The notes under the pieces are model-generated. The model had not been told where the DNA came from, made no database searches, and saw only the letters and a program-made list of their open reading frames with translations. DNA of 64,000 nucleotides from Albugo candida (taxonomy: Eukaryota). The stretch's first letter is position 1. Every line of letters starts with the position of its first letter. The translations under genes were made by a program, and so were the position numbers. Location: contig JBDOQK010000008.1 in assembly GCA_040437565.1 (NCBI GenBank), forward strand, positions 558,001 through 622,000, read 5' to 3'. Positions 58,205-64,000 of the stretch are shown one piece after another.

Positions 58205-59310
58205 GTATTCACTCCCCCCCCCCACTTCATTGNNNNNNNNNNNNNNNNNNNNNNNNNNNNNNNNNNNNNNNNNNNNNNNNNNNNNNNNNNNNNNNNNNNN
58301 NNNNNNNNNNNNNNNNNNNNNNNNNNNNNNNNCCCCCCCCCCCACTTCATTGACTAAAATTCACTCAAATCGACTTTAGACCGAGATCAATATTCACTTA
58401 CTTGTAACAGCTACTACCACTCAACTCACTACCACAATTCACTCAACTAACTACCATTCAATTCACTCGAAAGGAAAAAAAAATCAGATTCTCAGCTTTC
58501 TGGATCAATCAGTTAATCTCTTATATCGCGCATATTCACTGAGAAAACGCTAAGATTGTTATTTTAAAAAATGTTAAGAATAGCTTCTTCATAATTTCTA
58601 AGAAGTTGTGTTTATAATTGCAGACTTTACGTCCTAAATAAAGGGTATTGTTATACTCACTCTCTTTTTAAGTAAGGTGGTACACATAATTATACTATGT
58701 GTATATACTATGTATACCTTTTATTTATATATAGGGACTTGTTATATTCACTCCTTTTCAAGTCACGTGGCACACACTATTATGCATTCAATTAGGTATT
58801 CACTCCCGTTCAAGTCACGNNNNNNNNNNNNNNNNNNNNNNNNNNNNNNNNNNNNNNNNNNNNNNNNNNNNNNNNNNNNNNNNNNNNNNNNNNNNNNNNN
58901 NNNNNNNNNNNNNNNNNNNGCTAGTCTAAGCCTTCTCGTTCTAAACGCCCACAGCCACTAATTTATTGTCCAATAGCTGAAAGTTGATTAGCCTGATGTG
59001 TTCCACACTGGTTCAGGGACATCAGCTTCAATAATATACACATAGTATGATTGTGTGTGCCACCTTACTTAAAAAGGGAGTGAATTTAATCAAAAATTGA
59101 GTGAATATTCCCTATATAAAAGCTACTTTTGGTGATATACATATCAAAGCGAATTCTATGGTTGGTTATGTGGTGAGTGTATAAGGTTAATAAGTTGAGA
59201 TCAATTTATAGTGTGTTTGTGGCGAGGTGTAGTTGGAAGTGAATCACCGCGCGTGATGGGTGAGTGATTTTAATGAATTTAAGCCAGCTAAGTGGGGGGT
59301 GAGTGAATAC
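58205..59310. mobile_element. Non-autonomous TIR/foldback (MITE-like) element flanked by TA
   Basis: TA|GTATTCACTC-polyC-ACTT... and ...AAGT-polyG-TGAGTGAATAC|TA form imperfect TIRs of about 45 bp; internal inverted repeat about 58656-58706 vs 59035-59085; many ATTCACTC motifs; no coding capacity. Confidence 0.7.
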
Positions 59311-62300
59311 TAAAGGCTTCCTAAATTATTGGTTCTACGTAAGATACATTATAATAGAACGATACGACACAATGTTCTCGAGATCGGAGATCTGAAACGC
59401 GAAGAAAATTCAATTAGTATTCATGAAACACTATACTCAAGTGATAGGAGACCATGGCCTCGTGATTAACCTCCGCTACTTCACTTCGGGCCCCTTTGGA
59501 CTAACGCCTTCAGAACTTCTTCCGAAATTGTGTATTTGTTGCTACATGACTTTAACTTGCTGAGTTGACTCTGTCGAAGCGCTTTTCCCCTGAAATCTTG
59601 CCAAGAGATCTCATCTGTTACCGTTTCGCATGAGAGACATGAGCCATTTACACATCATTCTACGACCGACAATGTTGAACTGTATACCAGCGGTCAGTTT
59701 TCCCGAGAAATCGCCAAAAACTGGATTCGAATTGCCACACGCGCATCGAGAAAGTAGGTCGTCCAGCTATGGAGGAATGTCGAGAAATTTGGACGACAGC
59801 CGTGTGGTTTTTCCAACCGACGTGCACAAGCACGTCGACAGAATGAAGAATTCGTAGTGTTTCAGATCTAAACGTCATGAAGATTGAGCTCAAGAACGTG
59901 GTACGTTCCATTTTCTAATCCCCAGAAATCTTACAAATGTGAACTCTATAGACTGAAGTGGATAAAGGTTACTGATTTCAATCAGCGACCAGTTTTTTAT
60001 GGCACTTCGTCGCTCGGCGCGATGTCTAGGCTATCTTGAATAATAACTATACATATTGAAAATGTTCATAACGGCTAAGAAAAGAAATGATATTTACGTG
60101 AACCCAAAATACTAATCAAATTACTTCAATGAGAAGTTGCATTCACAGAATTTCATGCTTTAGGCATCAACGATCGGAAAACCGAATTGCTTAGAGATTC
60201 AGCCGCTTGAGCCCCAAAGTAGGACTGTCCGAGAATTACAGTCGATAACAATGAGCAGCTGCAGTCTCTATTGGAAGCTCACAATCAAGTNNNNNNNNNN
60301 NNNNNNNNNNNNNNNNNNNNNNNNNNNNNNNNNNNNNNNNNNNNNNNNNNNNNNNNNNNNNNNNNNNNNNNNNNNNNNNNNNNNNNNNNNGCACGTCGAC
60401 AGAATGAAGAATTCGTAGTGTTTCAGATCTAAACGTCATGAAGATTGAGCTCAAGAACGTGGTACGTTCCATTTTCTAATCCCCAGAAATCTTACAAATG
60501 TGAACTCTATAGACTGAAGTGGATAAAGGTTACTGATTTCAATCAGCGACCAGTTTTTTATGGCACTTCGTCGCTCGGCGCGATGTCTAGGCTATCTTGA
60601 ATAATAACTATACATATTGAAAATGTTCATAACGGCTAAGAAAAGAAATGATATTTACGTGAACCCAAAATACTAATCAAATTACTTCAATGAGAAGTTG
60701 CATTCACAGAATTTCATGCTTTAGGCATCAACGATCGGAAAACCGAATTGCTTAGAGATTCAGCCGCTTGAGCCCCAAAGTAGGACTGTCCGAGAATTAC
60801 AGTCGATAACAATGAGCAGCTGCAGTCTCTATTGGAAGCTCACAATCAAGTCGATGATCAACTATGTATATAAATATCATGCAAACTGTTCCCGCTTCTA
60901 CAGTTTTCTGCCTTCGTCAAAAAATAAAACATGACTTCGTGTCTGAAATAACAGCAGAACGTGGCTGAGATATCATCAATCATGCAATCGTATACGATCA
61001 CCTGGTAAGTTGATTAAGCTCTTTGTCTGCATGATGTATGTGATCGTACAAAGAGCGAGTACCACTTATCATTGCGATATATACAACGCTCACCAACCGG
61101 ATCGATCAAAGCCACGTGAGTTAACAGTCTATTACTCCATGGAGATGAAGCATCCAAGTAGTATTCACGGAGCTGGCCTTGTCATCCATAAGAAATCCGA
61201 ATAAGGAAGACAGAAGCACCTATGTATCAACTTGCCGGATTGCCACATGCATTGACAAAAGTTAGGTATTGCTGATAGTATGTCGTACGGTTATAATAAG
61301 AATATGCAGATTGATCGTAAAGAAAAGACTTTTACACAGCATATAACAAGTCGAAATGATTGCGATTGGATGCATGTATTATATCTCCGCCATGGGACGT
61401 TCCGAATTATCCATAATTAAGATAGGACGAAGCATGAAAAAGACGTAGAGTTTGACAACGCGCCTTTTCAATCCACCCATAATCGTCTCGATATAAATCA
61501 GAATAAAGCTCGAATTCGATAGAGCAGTCTCGGTTTCCCGCTTTGCGAAATTAAAGATACTTTCTTCTCGACAAAGCAGGAGTCGAGGGGATGGAGATCA
61601 TGGCGATAAGTACAGACGTTATAGAATCTACGATCACTGCAATTCTTGGCGCGAACAGCAACGAGTATTGAATGAAGGCGGGTGCTGGTATTTTGGACTT
61701 TACTTATCTATTCTTGCAGCGAATTTCCCTTCGACTAGGGACCTACAGGATGAAGATCGTGTCGTGAAGACAGGTAATGTTATGAAGTGTTGCGAGCAAT
61801 ACCACTGATGGGTAGGATCTGTTTGTGTATCTAGTTGAGAAACCGGTTATGTCTCTAAAGTATCAGGTTAGGAGTTTAGACCGAGACTTTTCTAGATATC
61901 AATGCAAGGTCTATTCTAGATTTTTGAAAGGAGAGGTTTTGAAAACATAATACACGTACGTTATGCTACACAAGAGATTCAATCAAGCTATCGAAGAAGC
62001 TTTCGTCTGGATTGCTTGCCGGATGGGATGTATGAGAAGTTGGAGGGAATACCATCTGACTCTGAGGAGCCAAAACAACCCGAGCGTTCCGACAATAAGA
62101 TCCAGCGGGACCATTTAATGAGGAACTCAAGGATGAGGGATTGTGGAAGATGACGGAGGATCATGAGATGACAGTCGTCTCGGGTTATACTTGGATATCT
62201 AATGGACCCTAGCTTCTAAAGCACCCTGTTTATAGAGGGATACAGAAAAGGAAAGAAGGGACTTCGTGAAGCGATAACAAAATTATTACAGAACGCTGCT

Positions 62301-62396
62301 CGCGTTCGAAACATGTTTGAACAACTCGTTCCGCATGCTAGTATCAGCCTGCATGGATTTGTGGAAGAGAGAACATGTTGTTAATGCTGGGTATGC

Positions 62397-64000
62397 TGTT
62401 GATGGCGAAAGTGATTCTGTATTACTTTGTACTTACCTGCTATTCTTTCTCTTCTAGTACTTACAGTCCGCGTTTACCGACTGCCTTTTCCCTGGCTCTA
62501 CCTAAATCTTGTAACTAACGTGCAACTATTTCTATACATTATTGTGGAGATCTGACAGCCGTCTCTTCCGTGCTTATTGAAGCTCCTCGAGATTCACTTG
62601 CACCATCCACTATTATCACCTTCCCAACAATCCTCCTCGAATGCAGTCATCTTGGCCGCACCGCCATCACCATCCCTACTTGCATCTCCCGCTAGCATGT
62701 TTGTTCATCTCGACGTCCTTGAACTAATACTCCAAGCACATGAGATCACGCAAACTTGCAAGCTTTCATGGGTCCAGTGCTTTCTTCAGTAAGTCTGCGA
62801 GTATCTGGTATAAGAGTACGTATTTCGCGATCACGATGCCGCGTCTGGAATAGTCGCACAAGAACTTGAGCCGCACAACAATGTGCTTAGCCTTGATCGA
62901 TGATGCCTCGCCTTCAAGTTTTGATGGCTGCCTGCCTATCGACATGCATTAGCATGGGCAGAGCCGGCGCCATGCTGATCTCGTTCAGTATCTCACGCAC
63001 GCCGCGCAAGTCGCGCGAAGCCTTCGAAGCAGCGACGAATTCAGCTTCAATAGTCGACAAGGAGATGCCTCCCTGTGTTTCACGCTCTGGCTTACTTTCA
63101 TATCGTTAATTAAAATGACGCTCCCTATCAACGACTTGAGGTCCTTCTTGTCACTTGAAAAATCTCATGGACCCAGCGTCGGAGTCTTCCGCGCTTCAAC
63201 TCCTGGTGTCATCCGCATATTCAGTCTTTGAGTACCTTTCAGATAGTAAGCAATGCTCTTCGCCAATTTCCAATCGTCAATGCATGGCTGGTGAGTTTTC
63301 GCTTCGCCTTGTGCACAACGAACGACAAATCTAGCCGCGATACACGCGGCTAGACGTCTGACAGGTGAATGCGTGTCCTTAATTGATGGCTGTCCAGCCG
63401 CGCTAGTAGTCTCAAGAAGCGCGCAGTCTTCGTCCTGCACCTCATAACAGTCGGCTTCAATAAGCGAAAACGTCTAGTTTCTTCTACAAGCCCATGCACG
63501 CGCAGTAGCTCTTGAATAGCCTTCTCCTGGTCCAGGACATAGTAGCCGTCTTTATCAATTAACACGCGCATGCCCCAAAGTTTGACATAAGTCCCGAATC
63601 CTTGGTGGACAGCGAGCCGAGGCTGACGGACAACCGATCGACAGCTGAAGTGCTAGTGCCGATAGCCCCCAGATCATCGGCATATACGCCGACCACAACG
63701 AAGTCTTCACCATCTTGCTTGCGACATAAACACATGTCTGCAACAAATTGTTTATATCCCACCTCAGTGAACCTCGCGTGTAGAAACTGGATCCACAGGC
63801 GTTCTGCTTGCTTTAATCCCTATAAGTTATTATGAAGCTGCAGAACCCAAATCGTTCTAGTTCTTGCGCTGAGGTCCTCTAGCGTCCTGCCGGCTACGTC
63901 CACGCCCGGAGGAACTTGCAGATAAATCTCGAGGTCTCTGAGTGCCAGTATCACTTTCACTATCGACATGTCCATAACCGCAGCGAAAATGAGACTGTAG
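62397..64000 (-). mobile_element. Degenerate Ty1/Copia LTR retrotransposon, 3' half (RT, RNase H, PPT, 3' LTR)
   Basis: RT: ...GLKQAERLW...DMCL...VGVYADDL; RNase H: STIEAEFVAAS...MHVDRQAAI...LADLLKKALDP, with stops and frameshifts; PPT GAGGAGGA (62638-62631) followed by TGTTG (62629); matching CAACA end at about 62397. Confidence 0.9.

Noticed and set aside
59400..59911. Short Cys-containing minus-strand frames resembling a decayed secreted protein
   Set aside because: No ATG in the signal-like frame, internal stops and no recognisable motif; cannot be distinguished from noise.
1..64000. CRISPR arrays, rRNA, tRNA or prokaryotic operon/defence systems
   Set aside because: None seen; the sequence is intron-containing eukaryotic DNA, and the repeats are coding, transposon-derived or assembly artefacts.

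Overview
Eukaryotic, gene-dense genomic scaffold with short (about 50-70 nt) GT-AG introns, very short intergenic spacers and fifteen 100-N scaffold gaps, nearly all flanked by duplicated (overlapping) contig ends. The gene content (START-like+FYVE proteins, GAF protein, GH5 glucanase, presequence-bearing pyruvate kinase) points to an oomycete, and the compactness suggests Albugo; both are inferences. Positions 1-56.7 kb hold about 28 genes. Trafficking and housekeeping: delta-COP (5' end), AP-1 gamma-adaptin, Sft2-like, TBCE, NOP14, mitochondrial S16, a RING E3. Metabolism and transport: glutaryl-CoA dehydrogenase, PMCA Ca2+-ATPase, an APC permease, phosphoglycerate mutase, pyruvate kinase, a HAD phosphatase, an MFS transporter. 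Less usual: a protein with tandem hnRNP-Q AcD/NURR-like domains, a stand-alone BioD-like/DRTGG (Pta N-terminal) protein, a degenerate glycosyltransferase, a secreted S1 protease with a bacterial-type C-terminal domain, two START-FYVE paralogues, a FYVE-lipase-FYVE protein, a Tyr/Asp/Lys-rich secreted repeat protein, a GAF protein, a GH5 glucanase and a hidden three-exon orphan gene with an internal repeat. From 56.7 kb to the end the sequence is gene-poor, with a TA-flanked foldback/MITE-like element, a possible frameshifted small Cys-rich secreted gene and a decayed Copia LTR retrotransposon. All calls come from reading the sequence and recalled family motifs; no database search was run.
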